Shown here one piece after another: positions 12,168 to 25,302 of a stretch of DNA of 64,000 bases (positions within the stretch are counted from its first letter, which is position 1; every line of letters starts with the position of its first letter). The notes under the pieces are model-generated. The model was not told the DNA's origin. It saw only the letters and a list, made by a program, of their open reading frames with translations, and did not search any database. The stretch lies in assembly GCF_006345805.1 (NCBI RefSeq), contig NC_043001.1, forward strand, positions 53,754,001-53,818,000, in the 5' to 3' direction. This DNA comes from Octopus sinensis. Lineage: Eukaryota. The position numbers and the translations under genes were made by a program.

Positions 12168-13155
12168 CTTGGATATTATAGCCGCAATATTTAATTAGTA
12201 AATTGCCTTACGGTTCAAAGGTTTTCGTGAGTAACTCACAGAAAGGACATATCATTCTGAAAAGTAAACTATAATAACTGGAGAGAGACAGTTCTAATTT
12301 TTCTATGTGCAATTTGCTATTGTTGGACTTACTATAGTAAATATATTTGTTGCGATTGACGAAACATGCAACACTGTTTAACAACCCCGCCCGTTACTTA
12401 GCTATCCTTTCTATCATTTGGAATCGTATCGCCATTCTGTTCGTAACAAGCTCACATTCTTTTGTCTAGTGCGTTTGATTGCCACACAAAATTGATGGGT
12501 AACGTTTTCCATTAGAGACCTACTTGAAATGAAATCGGACTTAGATATAATGAATGGGAAAGCTAGCCTAATAACGTACACTTAATTACTTAATTTGTAA
12601 TCCACCTGTTTGTTAACATACCTTACTTCACAACGGGCAGAAGATATCTATATATATGCATTAAGTTAAAGTTATCGAATATAAACATTTGCAAACCGTT
12701 ATCTAAATGAAAAGTTTTCTTAAAGCTATAAAAATGGACAATATCTATAGCATATATCTATCTGCACTCCTATATCTCTCCGTAAAGTGAGCAGTACGCT
12801 ACTTGATGAATTAACCTGAGAAATTTTAATTAAAATTTAACATTGATGTGAAGTCTCATTTTCTAATGACGATTTCTGATCAAAGTGCCGAAGACTAACT
12901 GGACGTTTTGATTAATTAAAATTAATTAAATATAGGACTCAGTGCACTCCATTACAGCTAAAGTAGAATTCTCTCTAAACCAAATATTAAAATTTATCAA
13001 ATCTATATATGTATATGTATGTTTGCATGTGTGCGTGTGTGTGGGTATACACACACAGACATACACCCATCTCTCTCCCCCGCTCTCCCTCTCTCTCTCT
13101 CTCTACACCTCTATTCCTATCTAGCTATCAAACTATATATATATATGTACATATA

Positions 13156-13318
13156 TACGACAGGCTTCTTTCAGTTTCCGTCTACCAAATCCACTCACAA
13201 GTTCTTCAGTCGGCCCGAGGCCAAAGTGCCACGCAGTGAAACTGATCCCAGAACCATGAGGTTGGTAAACAAGCTACTTATCATACAGACACTCCTAGGC
13301 GTAGGAATGGCTGTGTGG
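13156..13318 (-). mobile_element. Family A SINE 5' half plus a short inverted second head
   Basis: tacgacaggcttctttcagtttccgtctaccaaatccactcacaa matches 11119-11165; then aggcgtaggaatggctgtgtgg in the opposite orientation. Confidence 0.85.
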
Positions 13319-13374
13319 CATACATATATATGTATATATATATATATACATATATTAAAAATATATTCACATTC

Positions 13375-13580
13375 AAAATGTGACCGCGTGTGTACCGTTG
13401 GCGATATTTTTCCTCCGTCTTCCCTTCTTTGGATCTTTCCTTTTCCTATGTTTCTGACGAAGAGCTCTGCTCGAAACGTTACACCCTCCTTCTTTCCTGA
13501 GCGTCCAATAATTCTATACTTGTTCCACGTCCTCGCGTTGTTGTGTTTTCTGTTTGTGCTCTCATGTTTGGATTAACTAT
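13375..13580 (+). mobile_element. Short pyrimidine-rich Penelope pLTR-like cassette between (TA)n tracts
   Basis: ~200 bp non-repetitive insert bracketed by TA repeats and carrying a minimal hammerhead motif; Penelope assignment is inference. Confidence 0.55.
13450..13484 (+). ncRNA. Minimal type I hammerhead ribozyme motif
   Basis: gttt-CTGACGA-a-GAGC-tct-GCTC-GAAA-CG-TT-acac: intact core, 4-bp helix II, palindromic loopless helix III (AACGTT), helix I 3 of 4 paired. Confidence 0.75.
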
Positions 13581-13687
13581 ATATATATATATATATATAC
13601 ATATATTTATACACCTATATATGTATGCGTGTGTGTGTGTGTTTGTGTAGATGTATACATACTTACATGCATGCACGCATACATATA

Positions 13688-14640
13688 TACAAGGTGACCG
13701 AATGTTCACGGTTGTGGACGTGACCCATATGCGTTTTTTTACATTGCTCTTTTTCGTTGAACAACTATCCCTGTAAGGTAAATCTTCACATTGTTTTCCA
13801 TTATTGCAGGCAAATTACGCTATAAATGTCGTCTATGATGTCATGGCAAATGAGTTTTTTGCAAGGTGTCAGATATACAAAGAAGTCAACTGGTTAAATA
13901 CAGAAATGATACCATTTATAAGAAATTTAAAAACAAGAACCGGCCTTAAATGTTAACCATATAGTAGGAAACCATAATATAACACGAATCACCCGCATGT
14001 GGATGAAATTTTTTCGTGTAGACAGATATTTTTTGACCTTGCTTCAAGGCAAGCATGTTGTCATAATGCATCGCAGAAGATGAAGAAAGTCTTGGTACTT
14101 CGGAAAATGTGTGCAGGTGGTGTCTCTGGATGGAATGATGGATGCCTCCTTGGAACTGTTGGAAGCATTTGAAGTCCCTGAAAACACGTTTCTTTCGATT
14201 TCTTTACACAGGAGGAAAATCGGCCTTGCTTTTATGATCAAGAAACAAAGTTCAGGCCATTGAATGGCAACACAATTCTTTCCCAGTGCATATGAAGTTT
14301 ACAAAATAATGATCAGCAAAGGAAATCATGGTACCAGAAGAGCGTTATTCTCCATGATCTTTCAGGCACTTAGCCGTAATTGTAGACCAGGAGTGGTGCA
14401 TGAAGATACTGGAAACAGTTAAAGAACCTAATGGAAGGAAAAGACTGAAGGAAAATCTGGAAACGTTTCTTCTTCATCATGAAAATACGCGATCACACAC
14501 ATGTTTTGCAACATATCACGTGATAGAGGAATTTGTCTAGTTAATGGTCCATATCTCACAGCTAGAATCTGTCGCTCTCTTTAATCCACTCCTTATTGTT
14601 TATTTCATCGAAGAACAAGTGATCAGTAACAGTGATTTGA
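13688..14640 (+). mobile_element. Decayed mariner (Tc1/mariner) transposon remnant
   Basis: tacaaggtg start; LG.LRKMCAGGV (~14091, cf. LGxRKVCARWVP); LHHENTRSHT (~14472, cf. LHHDNARPH); frameshifts and stops. Confidence 0.5.
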
Positions 14641-15042
14641 TAAGACAAATGAGGTAAAGTTGTGTGTGTGTATTTGCGTGTGTGTGTGTGTTCTTGTATG
14701 TCTGTGTATGTGTGTGTGTTCTTGTATGTCTGTGTGTTCGCGTTTTGTGTGTGTATATGCAACAGTGCATCTCCACATCTGTTTCGAGTATTCAAGGATT
14801 GGATTCATTAATGGCTCAAATGGATTGATTGCGATGGCGGTTATACTTATAGTTATTCCTATAGCAAAAAGGTTACTCTGTCAATATCTGCAATTTAATC
14901 AACGTAGACATTATAAGCAATCTACATCCACTTTTTCACTATATTTACCACAGTTACTCTATGTGTCTATCTATTTACATCATTACCTGCCTACTTAGCT
15001 ATTTCGCTGTTCGCCAAGTATATGCGTGTGTGATAATACATA

Positions 15043-15452
15043 TTTTACTTGTTTCAGTCATTAGATTATGACGATGCAAGGACATCACTTTGAAGAAATT
15101 TTAGTCGAATGAATCGACCCCTACTTTTTAGGACCGATTCTTATTCTTTTGTCGAATAGCTAAGTTACGGATATGTAAACAAAACATTGTCAAGTGACTG
15201 TGAAAGATAGACACAAAGACATGCACTCGCAAACACACGCGCGCGCGCGCAAACACACACACTCATACACACATATATCTGTATATATATCCTTTCATCG
15301 TCATCTATCAGATACACTCACAAGGTTTTGGCCAGGCCGAGGATATAAATGTCTACGTCTACGTTGGTTATAACGTCTACGTAGAACATTGATCAAGGGT
15401 TACTGACCAGGATCATGTAGTAGTGAAGCGGACTTCTTACCACACACCCAGC
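15043..15452 (-). mobile_element. Degenerate family A SINE
   Basis: ttttacttgtttcagtcatt...tagtcgaatgaatcgaccc...cactcacaagg...cttaccacac. Confidence 0.75.
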
Positions 15453-15780
15453 CTCTAACTTGTGCGTGAGATTTAAAACAAGTTGTTTTTCTCTATAGAA
15501 ATCAGCAGCTGTGGACCGCTTAAAAGATATATAGCATTTGCAAGTGGAGACAGCTTTTGCCACTAGCCTGTGATTATCTCTCACTTAGGACAGGTAATCA
15601 CCTAGAAGCCCGGGTCAGTGAGTATCGTGTAGGGCTAGAGGTGGGAGCGATGATCTCCCTTGCGAATGCTAAAAGAGCACACACTGTGTGTCGATAGCCA
15701 GCTGGAAAAGATGTTTTTCTTGAGCTATAACAACGGTAACATCATCCTTATAGGACGTTCTGTTGGCATATAAACATTAC

Positions 15781-16042
<262 letters not shown>

Positions 16043-17219
16043 CCGGATGTATATATGTGGGATTCATATATACATAAATGTATGTATTTTTGTACAGGAA
16101 TGCGTATATGTTTATATATGTAGAAACATGTTGGAATATTCATATGTATATGTATGACTGCAAAGTATGCATACATATTGACATATTTATATCCATTTAT
16201 ACGTTCTAGTATATTATTTACCTATATACGTGAGGGATTAGCATATGTATTCAGTGAAATCTATATTCATTGCTTAAGTAAATATCCCTGCATACTTTAA
16301 AGAGTTTTATTCACAAATAATCTATATGTTCAACTATTTGCTCAATAGATAACGATTCGTTATTCGCGTAACATACGTTATGTGATGAAAATTTATTTCA
16401 TAGAAATAATTTATACATTTAATGATTTGTATAATACTTTCCATTACTAGATATTTTAAGAGATGTATTTCCTTCTTACCTGGAAACAAACCTTTCTTCT
16501 ACAACATCACTTACCGTAAATCAAATGATTATGTTTCAGCTTGCATTATATCTAAATAGCATATCCAGTCACTTGTAGATAACTGCACTCTAACATTTAT
16601 GCGCAATATATATCATCGACATCAATATTCACTGCAATTTTGTTACTCGAACAACACAATATAAAATTATAATTTCTGTTTCAATTGAGTGGGAACGGCA
16701 GATGGAATTTCAATAACATTAAAACGACAAACTCTTTCAATTGAAGATTTACTAGATAACAAACACTAATCTATACATGTATGCACATACACACACAGAC
16801 AGGTACATATAAAAACACCCATATATCTAATACTAATGCAATATGTGCAGGTAAGTTCTACAAATTCTGCAAAAGTTTTCATGTTCTTGCTTCATGAACA
16901 AGCATTTAGCCTTGTGGTGATTTTTAGAACCCATTTTTAATCAGAGGCTACATTTTTCTGATCAAACCGACCAATATTCAATAATATTTATACGCTAAGT
17001 TTTTGTTTTTGTACGTACGTGTGGTTTGTGTCACACTGCAAAGTGGCAAAGCGAGAGAGATAGGAGGACAGAGAGGAAGTAAGAGAGAAAGAGAGAGAGA
17101 GTGGGAAAAGGAAAAAAAGTGAGAGAGAAAGGAGAGAATGAAAGAGACAGTGTGTGGTGACGGCGTATATCGCAAGAGAACTAGATGCATAGATACATAC
17201 ATACATTGTTAAATCAAAA

Positions 17220-18402
17220 GTAGGAGAGAAGAGGGACAGAAATGAGGTAAAAGAGAAAGACACAGTAGATGTTTACACAGTAAATATTGGATGTCAATTT
17301 CACTTTTGAAGACAACTAAAAGAATTCCAGTCAATTTATTAACCATGAGGCTGAGAAAAAGAGGGGACGATACGAGGACAGACAAAACAAACATCGGGGT
17401 CAGGGTATCGATTGAGGCGAAACGTATGAATAAACAAACAATTAAAATATATACAATTAAATGAGAATGAGTGATGTTCAAAAAACGAAGTGGAGGAAGA
17501 GGTCAACCCCACAAACCACATACTCACACCGAAAACTTACTTTCTCCTTTTTATATTCTCGTTTAGCCAGGTCCTTTCACTCGCAACATATTTGCTATAG
17601 ACTTCCATCGTTTACGAAACACACTTTGCGATAGGCATTTCTTCTCCAGCCTTCTTTTCCGTTTCATGTGGAAAACGAAAAAGTTGATTAGCTCGAGACT
17701 GGAGATGAATATGCCTGTTGCAATTCCTTTCACTCTCGTCTTCCATACTACTTCTTTCGCAACAGCAACTAACGAGAGAAAACAGTTTCGCTCCTCCCTA
17801 TTCAGGGAGGTCGGTGGAACGATCTTAATTACAGATTCGCTCGACAGTTGTACTCTTCTCGAATGCGACAGCAGATGTTTGACATAATCCCAGGGCTCAA
17901 TCACCTTGGGACATTGCACAATCGCGTGCAGGACAGTTCCACTGTCCTGCTCACATCTTTCACAAAACGGCTAAGGCGCACACCCATATATAAAGAGCTT
18001 ATCTCGAACCGGTAAAGCTCTTCTGTAACATTGCCAGGCCAAGGACTTTTGGTAATTATCCATAGGCCCCGGCTCGAATGTTCTTTGGAACAGGTTGGCC
18101 AGTTGATCTTCATCGATGCCTAGGGACCTCCCAGGACGTCGTTACACTTGAACTCTACTAATCCTCTATAGAAGAATGAGGTAGTATCCCTGCCACGGGC
18201 GTTGCCTGATCGGGAGAGAAGCACGAGTGCCTGATGGCAATCTGCATGCCACACACCCAACCTCGGTCTACACTTGATCCATCGGTTCAGTTTGGTAAAC
18301 GATGTGAACTGTGGAAATAACAGCTGGACTAGCAGAGACCACACCTGCTCACCGTCCAGGTAAAGCCAGAGGTGCCTAAGCCTGAGCGCATGTCTGCGCA
18401 TT
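17220..18402 (-). mobile_element. L1/Tx1-clade LINE 3' fragment (ORF2 C-terminus plus probable 3' UTR)
   Basis: CERCEQDSGTVLHAIVQCP (CX2CX8HX4C) at 17908-17964, then VWKTR...FRKRW in ORF 17563-17919. Confidence 0.8.
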
Positions 18403-18532
18403 TTTTGTCACGTTTGCATGTATGTGTACGTTTGTATGTATATGATTGTGCGCTGGATCTCTCTCGGCAAAGCAGCAAACCACAAAATCGCACCTGCCAG
18501 CATCACCAATACCTCCAAGCCCGTCCTATATA

Positions 18533-18622
18533 GTATGTATGTATGTATGTATTTGTGTATGTATGTATGTATGTATGTATGTATGTATGTATGTATGTAT
18601 GTATGTATGTATGTGTGTGTGT
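18533..18622. repeat. (TATG)n microsatellite
   Basis: Directly visible. Confidence 0.95.
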
Positions 18623-18826
18623 GTTTGTCTTTGTGGCTGTGCTTGTCCAACCACCACCATTGCTTCAAACCGATGTTGGTGCGTTTGCGTCTTTGTAATT
18701 TAGCTGTTCAGCAGAGGAGACTGATAGAATAAGCGCCAGGCTCACAGGGGTTAATTTCTTCGACTAAATGGTAGCACTCTAGCATTGCCACCGTCAAATG
18801 ACTGAAGCAAGTAAAATAATAAAAGA
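18623..18826 (+). mobile_element. Family A SINE 3' part
   Basis: ttgtccaaccaccaccattgcttcaaaccgatgttggtg...cgactaaa...caaatgactgaagcaagtaaaa. Confidence 0.8.
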
Positions 18827-20949
18827 ATGTGTGTGTGTATACATATATATGCACACACATGCACATCACATACTTATATATACACATATATATGCGCATA
18901 CACATACTTGCACATGCATACTATTAGTATTATGCCATTACCTATATAGTTCCTATAGCTAAATACTTTTGACACAATAAAGTTGCATTGAGTAACTTTT
19001 ATAATATGCAGTGTATGTATATGTATACCTGGAAGTGTTGTGTATACGACATTATGATTATAATTGGTAAACAGCGTTTTGTAAGAAAAAATATACGTTT
19101 GTATTATTAACAGAGAAGACCAACGGAGAAGTCTTAATATATAGAAGTGATATTTTTTCTTACTCAGATTCTATTGTTTAAAGACTGTTTTTACAACAAT
19201 AACCATAAATAATATTAATACAATATTGGGAATAATTTTTATATTTCTGTCTTCGTGACATGAAGTTATTGAAGATGATATGAAAGTGTCATGATATATT
19301 TTATTATATAATGGAATCTAATTATTTTTCAACATCTTGTGTGGTAAAATGATATTCTTGCCTTCTGCCAAATGTATATCCAGATCAGAGAATAATCAGA
19401 TTATGACAGAATATGACTTACCTCTATGATTTCACATTATAAGTTTCTTAGCAAATTAAAAATTAAAGTACATTTCTACTCTGTAAATACAAGAAATATG
19501 CGACCTAATCATTTGAATAAATATGCATATGACTGTGTGCGTGTGCGAGCGTGTGTGTGCGGCTGTGTGTGTGTGGTGCGTGTCTGAGTGTGTGTGTGTA
19601 TGTGTGTGTGTGTGTGTACAAGTCGTTTAGTAGGAATTCCTATCTGTAACTCTCAATCTAAACCTGATATGATCATCAATATACGCGTCCAAAACGTATC
19701 TGTATTTTTAAATATAAATAAACGAGCAAGGGGCAAACACGATCTCGATCATGTATGCATACCATAGCAGACTAATACGCTTTAAACCACATCTTTTATA
19801 ATTAAGAAAGTAAATATAACCATATGGTCTATGGTAGATTGTTTTTAAATAGCATTTATCGTGTTCGTAATCGGAAAATATTTGATCACGCAGTTTCTCC
19901 AGCAAACTTCAGCAGATGCGGGCACAAAACGTAGTGACAACAGATGAATGAATGAAAACTAAAATATGACTATTTCATTGTATACTATGGGCATCTGTGA
20001 TTTTTTGCTTGAACAAATCGTTACAACACTCATCAAATAGCGCCTTAGATAAGATAATTGTGTATAAGATAATTATAGATAAGATAATTGTATATATGCA
20101 ATAGCAGCGTGATTCCTGTGTATAAACCATTTAAAACACACAAAAACTGCATATATATCTGATATGGGGTGTACAAATAGCCACTGAGTAATCTAAGAAA
20201 GCATATTTGGAAGTATAATTTTGCACAGATTTAAAAGTTTGCAAGCCAAATACAAATATATGCTTTTTGTACTGAATACAACCTCCTAGTTAGAGCGCTG
20301 TCTTAAGTATAATCAATTATTTCCTATAGTGTTCAGTAATCTGAAGAGATAATTTGATCTTCAAAAATGGAAGGTGACCATGCAATGAACACTCTTCACT
20401 AATGTCTTTATAGACTCACATGCGTAGTTACCTCTGTAATTATCATAAACAAACTTCATAAACATTTGCATGAGCTCTTATTGGGAAAACAAGACATTTT
20501 GGTTTTCTTTTCTTCTTTCTTTTTTTCTGCTTCGATAAAGGATAAGACTGTTAAGAGTTTGATCTCCTCGTATGTCCGTATTCTTTGTAATTAAATAAAT
20601 TAATATACAGATGTTCAATAAAACCTGCCGTTTCTGCTGTTTCTTCTAAAATTAATAGCTCGTGTTTTTATAAATTCACACACCAACTACTACCAAACCG
20701 TTTACTTTGGCACACAAGCAAGCATTCCAATCAATAAGATTTGGATCATACAACTATTTTGTGTATTACAACGCTTTAAATTAATGCAAAATATGAATGC
20801 AATTTAATGCAAATTATTACAGTTAAAATAATATGTGTTAAAAGGTTATATGAAACCATAACCGACAGGTTCGGAAAGAAAATATTGTTAGAGTTTTCAA
20901 CCATCGAATACCATAGAGATTATGTTAGAATTTCTGGTTGACTGTTGGA

Positions 20950-21720
20950 ATGTATTAACCCGGGTGGATGACATTATCTGCCGAAAAGGAAATTGCTTTA
21001 ATTCCCATGTAACTTGCGAATTAGAGGATGAACATTGTTACTGTATATGTATAATGTATGGTGATTAATAACCAATATGCTGAGATATATGTTGACACTA
21101 CCTTTTGCTGTACAAAATGATGGCAATCAGAGTAGGCTGTCAAGAGGAGGATTAGGAATTAAGTCAACATTATTCCCATATTTTACTGAATTGACACCTC
21201 CCTTCATTGATAGACTTTCTTCTATGTCCATGTCCCAATAAAATGATCGCTACCTGGTATTCATTAATGTCTATTCACCAATACTGTATGATATGATGAA
21301 GATTTGAATTTGTTTTATGAGCAAATAAAAGTGAGCATTGGGAAAATTCCGGTGGAAAAAAAAGTTATAAAATGTTGAAACGTCAATTTGTGACAATTTT
21401 GAAATATGATACTACTTATTTTATCACAGGATGTAAAATCAAGTTCAAATCAAGTTGGTTTAATTTGGCAGATTGAGTTACAATTGTGCACAGGATTAGA
21501 TTGCAGTTATCATAATGTTTGATCATAAAAATTATAGTAACGGTATTTGCATGTTCCAAGAAAGAATACCTGACTCATTAACTTTTTACTAAAAACGATG
21601 AAAATGGATAATATAAGAGATGCCTTGATTTTAAGGGGTATAGTAACATAAATAGATCAATATCTCGTTCAGCTAAAGAGAAATTCGAATTCCGGCTCCA
21701 AATTAAATAGCAGTATCGAT
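20950..21720 (+). mobile_element. Decayed LINE apurinic endonuclease (APE) domain, probably RTE clade
   Basis: Manual translation: RGGLGI (~21143), INVYSP (~21263), DEDLNLFYEQIKVSIGKIP, IDQYLV (~21652), in APE motif order, broken by stops and frameshifts. Confidence 0.6.
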
Positions 21721-22215
21721 ATTGCAAAGATAAAGAGGAAAATTGTGTGTGAGAAGCATTAGGAAAATATTTCAAGCAGGCAATCTATAAGCGAATCAAA
21801 CAGGGTGGCACACAATCCATGAGTTAAGAATTCTACAATACATGCCACCATAAAGGAGTAAAATTTGTGAGGCAAGCTTCCTTGAGCAAGCCATTATTTA
21901 TGCGATTAAGTCAAAGACTTCAAAAATTTTAAGCATAAAACGTCACGTAATGCAAAATCAAATACAATATTATTATTGTAAGAAAAGGCACATGTAAACA
22001 GCTCTGAAAGAATAAAAAAAAATTATGGACCCAACATGATAGTTTTATGGCCAAAATGAAAAAAAAGTCATAAGTATATATATATATAACAAGCGGCGAA
22101 CCGAACGTAACTTTGATCTCGAGAAAGTACACAACATAAAGCCTATTAAACAATTGCTTACATAATCGCTCGCAAGCACTGTTCTATACTAAAGTGGAAA
22201 AGGTGTGTTAAGTTT

Positions 22216-22940
22216 TTGAAAATTCGAAACAAACAGACATGGCTTTTTAAAACTAACTGTCACAGACATGCGATGCATTTCTCTGGATATTATCAGAACG
22301 ATAGGGTTCGAGTATACAGGGGTGCTAGAAAGAAAGTAGATAACATTTTATGTAATGATACCAGTGGTACCCGTCCTAGATATAGAAGCAAAACTGAAAT
22401 AAGATACAAAGAGCTTGTGACAAAGCAAACAAGGTGAGCATGTGGTATAAAACCGACAAATATTAAAGAGTGATGCATGTAGAGGCCACAGCCATGGAGA
22501 AGTAACACGAAGATATAGGAAAGCTCTGAAGGAGACCAAACTCAACATTAAGATTGTTGAAATGCTAGGGAAATCCGTCAGATCACAACTATGTAGGACG
22601 TACACCTTTGAGAATACCACATGCAACAATGATAACTGCATTGTATGTAGGATTAGCGCTGACATTAACTGTAGAACTAGAAATGTAGTCAATAGCATAA
22701 GATACCTAGAATGTGCTTGTAAAGACATGAAAATGACATACCTAGGGGAGACATCTAAGAGCATTGCGGAAAGACTAAATGAACATTTGAGATAATATGA
22801 CGAAAACACTCTACCAACATGCTAAGGACCAACATAGAGACAACATGGGTCAACTTGACATCCGTATTTTATCCAAGCACCCAAAGAACCCAACATTCGG
22901 ACAAATACAGGAGCACCTCCTTATAGATGAATCATCCCCA
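22216..22940 (+). mobile_element. Penelope-like element fragment (RT-EN linker plus GIY-YIG endonuclease), Naiad-like
   Basis: MHFSGY...GTRPRYRS; WYK...VMHVEAT; NIKIVEMLG...CNNDNCIVC...NCRTRNVVNSI...C...YLGETSKSIAERLNEH. Confidence 0.85.
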
Positions 22941-23349
22941 GTACTACATAGGAAATATACGTAGTAGATAATCACGCCCCCATACCCACAGTTTATATTT
23001 ATATTCAGACTGTGATGTAGAGGGGGGGTAAGTGCGTTTATATGTGTATATGTACGTGCACGTGTATGTAGGCATATGGATATGAGAGCAAACAGATAGA
23101 CATAATATGGATAGGTATAATACGGATATATATATACATAATATAATATATATATTACAGAGATTTACTTGCAAAGTGACTTGATCTGAGATCATCTGTG
23201 ATGAAAAAAAACAATTGCAGCGTGGAAGGTGTTTATTAGCTATTGAAGAAAAAACACATACAAAGACGCGTTCACTGACAAAATCCAACGTATTTTTTGT
23301 GTTTTTAAATGGCTTATTTACACCTCCACGCTCAATTGTATATATATAT

Positions 23350-23470
23350 ATCACGTGATCACGTGATCGACCAGACCAGCAGATGTTGATACACATCGCT
23401 GGTCACAATGCGTTCGCATTGTTTTAGCCTTCGAATGACGCCACCCCGCTGGCTAAGCGAGCAGGCCAAT
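23350..23470 (-). mobile_element. Short interspersed repeat end with tandem tcacgtga tail (probable LINE or SINE 3' end)
   Basis: GC-richer insert between microsatellites ending in the palindrome atcacgtgatcacgtgat; family assignment is inference. Confidence 0.45.
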
Positions 23471-23489
23471 ATATATACATATATATATT

Positions 23490-23502
23490 TATAGATAGAT
23501 AT

Positions 23503-23569
<67 letters not shown>

Positions 23570-23598
23570 GATAGATAGATAGATATAAATAGATAGAT

Positions 23599-23666
<68 letters not shown>

Positions 23667-23675
23667 GATAGATAG

Positions 23676-23708
<33 letters not shown>

Positions 23709-23732
23709 TACATATTTATGCATACATATATT

Positions 23733-23819
<87 letters not shown>

Positions 23820-23880
23820 ATATATACATATATAAATATGCATAAATATTTATGAATATATATATGCACACATGTATGTG
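23490..23880. repeat. (GATA)n-(CATA)n-(TA)n compound microsatellite
   Basis: Directly visible. Confidence 0.97.
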
Positions 23881-23984
23881 TGTGTGAGTGTGTGTGTGCA
23901 CATAAACGGATTCTCCCGTTGAAGGCGACGTATGAGCGTTCACCATTTTGCCGGACGACCTGAACAAGTGAATAGTTTACAGTT

Positions 23985-24205
23985 GTTTAAATGTTCATGC
24001 CATACATTAACTTGCTCTCTCCATGAAATCGACGTTGTCTCAATAGGTGCACTGCGTGCCACGCGTCAGGTATCGAAGTAATCGCAGAGAAACATGAAAT
24101 GAAGTGTTTTACTCACGGACACAATGCACCACCTGATCTAGGAATTGAAACCAAATCCTTGCGATCGTGAGTCCAACAGTCTCGCCACTAGATCATGCCC
24201 CCTCA
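23985..24205 (-). mobile_element. Family C-related SINE
   Basis: aacatgaaatgaagtgttttactcacggacacaatgc...ggaattgaaacc...gcgatcgtgag resembles 11955-12035. Confidence 0.7.
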
Positions 24206-24217
24206 CACACAATCATG

Positions 24218-24264
<47 letters not shown>

Positions 24265-24365
24265 TATATATATATGCACACACATAGAAAGATATACATA
24301 TATATATGCATACACATGTATATATGTATATATGTGTGTATGTGTGAGTATATATATGTCTGTGT

Positions 24366-24407
<42 letters not shown>

Positions 24408-24984
24408 TGTGTGTGCAAACATACCATGCAAAGAGGCACAGAAGGTCAGAAAGGTATGAAGAATTGAAACATTTAATATGTATATAGTATGATAAATATA
24501 CATTGGTCTCTTTCCTATTTCATACATAATGCAGCGAAAGGTGGGGAGGAGGTGATCTACAATATTAAATACGCCAAAGATAAATTATTTTCTTTGTTGC
24601 TGTTTTATATATCTGAAACTCATTTTGTGGCATACTATTATTTCCTATTTCCTTGCATATTGTTCACTTCATATCTATAAAAAATAATTGAAAATTTTGC
24701 ATTATTGCTTTCTTTAATTAACTTTATTTTTGCTTTATTGTTTGTCTGCTAAAATTGATTAAGATACATTTTATTGAAAACAGGAGCATTAAACCCACAA
24801 TTCTATCTTTGCTTGACAATAAAATAAATGAAAGCAAATGTCAATACGTACATATATATGTGGTTGAAATACTGTATAGAATAACATACAAGAAAATGTA
24901 AGACTCTAGAGACAAAGACACAGACACAAATATACACATATATATGCATCTGTGTGTATGCGTGAATATACATACACATGCATC

Positions 24985-25067
<83 letters not shown>

Positions 25068-25134
25068 CATATATATAACAAATGAAAGATAGAAGATGGA
25101 ATATACGAGAATATATTATTATCCATTTTAGTAT

Positions 25135-25172
<38 letters not shown>

Positions 25173-25250
25173 TACACATATATGTATATATATATAAACT
25201 TACTTGGAAATGGATACGTTGCGTTCAATTAAATAATAAATATATATCTA

Positions 25251-25300
<50 letters not shown>
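24985..25300. repeat. Interrupted (TA)n tracts
   Basis: Directly visible. Confidence 0.93.

Positions 25301-25302
<2 letters not shown>

Noticed and set aside
13019-13576. 185-aa ORF
   Set aside because: Chance read-through of microsatellite, antisense SINE and the pLTR-like cassette
16470-16770. Minus-strand splice-like signals (ttccag|gtaag, acg|gtaagt) suggesting an exon or recursive splice site
   Set aside because: Weak polypyrimidine tract, no substantial open frame, and such short motifs are expected by chance in 64 kb
20047-20093. Three ~15 bp copies of taagataatt
   Set aside because: Ordinary short slippage repeat with no unique spacers; not CRISPR-like
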